Shown: piece by piece, positions 63,868-64,000 of the stretch
Layout: each line of letters opens with the position of its first letter
How positions within the stretch are numbered: the stretch's first letter is position 1
Source: Okamejei kenojei
Taxonomy: Eukaryota
Assembly: GCA_035221665.1 (NCBI GenBank)
Contig: CM069154.1
Coordinates: 5,332,001 to 5,396,000 of the forward strand
Length of the DNA: 64,000 nt
Direction: 5' to 3'
Notes under the pieces: model-generated
What the model saw: the letters and a program-made list of their open reading frames with translations, nothing else
Databases searched by the model: none
Told to the model about the DNA's origin: nothing
Made by a program: the position numbers and the translations under genes

Positions 63868-64000
63868 GTTAGTAACTTGAAGAGCCAACTCAGCCTCACC
63901 TGAGAACAAATTAGTTAAGTTCAATTCAGCTCAATTTAAAGATACAGTGTGGAAATGGACCCTTTGGCCCACTGAGTCCGCTCTGAGCAGCGATCTCCCC

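Larger units (their letters stand above)
45770..64000 (+). repeat. Segmental duplication unit B
   Basis: Starts just after the 500-N gap and is collinear with unit A to the window end. Confidence 0.93.

Overview
This is vertebrate genomic DNA. The repeat landscape (tRNA-derived V-SINE/HE1-like SINEs, CR1, L1, Rex1/Babar, DIRS, Penelope-type hammerhead repeats) suggests a cartilaginous fish such as a skate or ray; that assignment is inference. Most of the window is transposon-derived. It hides two tandem copies (~41 kb period, + strand) of a spliced CD300/pIgR(CMRF35)-like immune receptor gene, which I assembled by hand from splice sites and intron phases: leader, two Ig V-set exons, S/T-rich stalk, uncharged TM, and two cytoplasmic exons carrying two ITIMs (VIYTTV, VVYATI) plus YMNL. 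Copy A (6228-28957) is complete but has several 1-bp indels and a Cys->Phe change in Ig domain 1. Copy B (47980 to beyond 64000) is open through every exon visible. All four Ig domains lack the family-typical second (C-C') disulfide. Differences between copies are mostly amino-acid-changing, and the D2 FG loop is completely replaced. The copies also differ by reciprocal insertions and deletions (full-length L1 only in A, 4.5-kb CR1 only in B). They are joined across a 500-N gap, so paralogue versus falsely duplicated haplotype cannot be settled from this window. The sequence is indel-rich, so individual frameshifts are uncertain.
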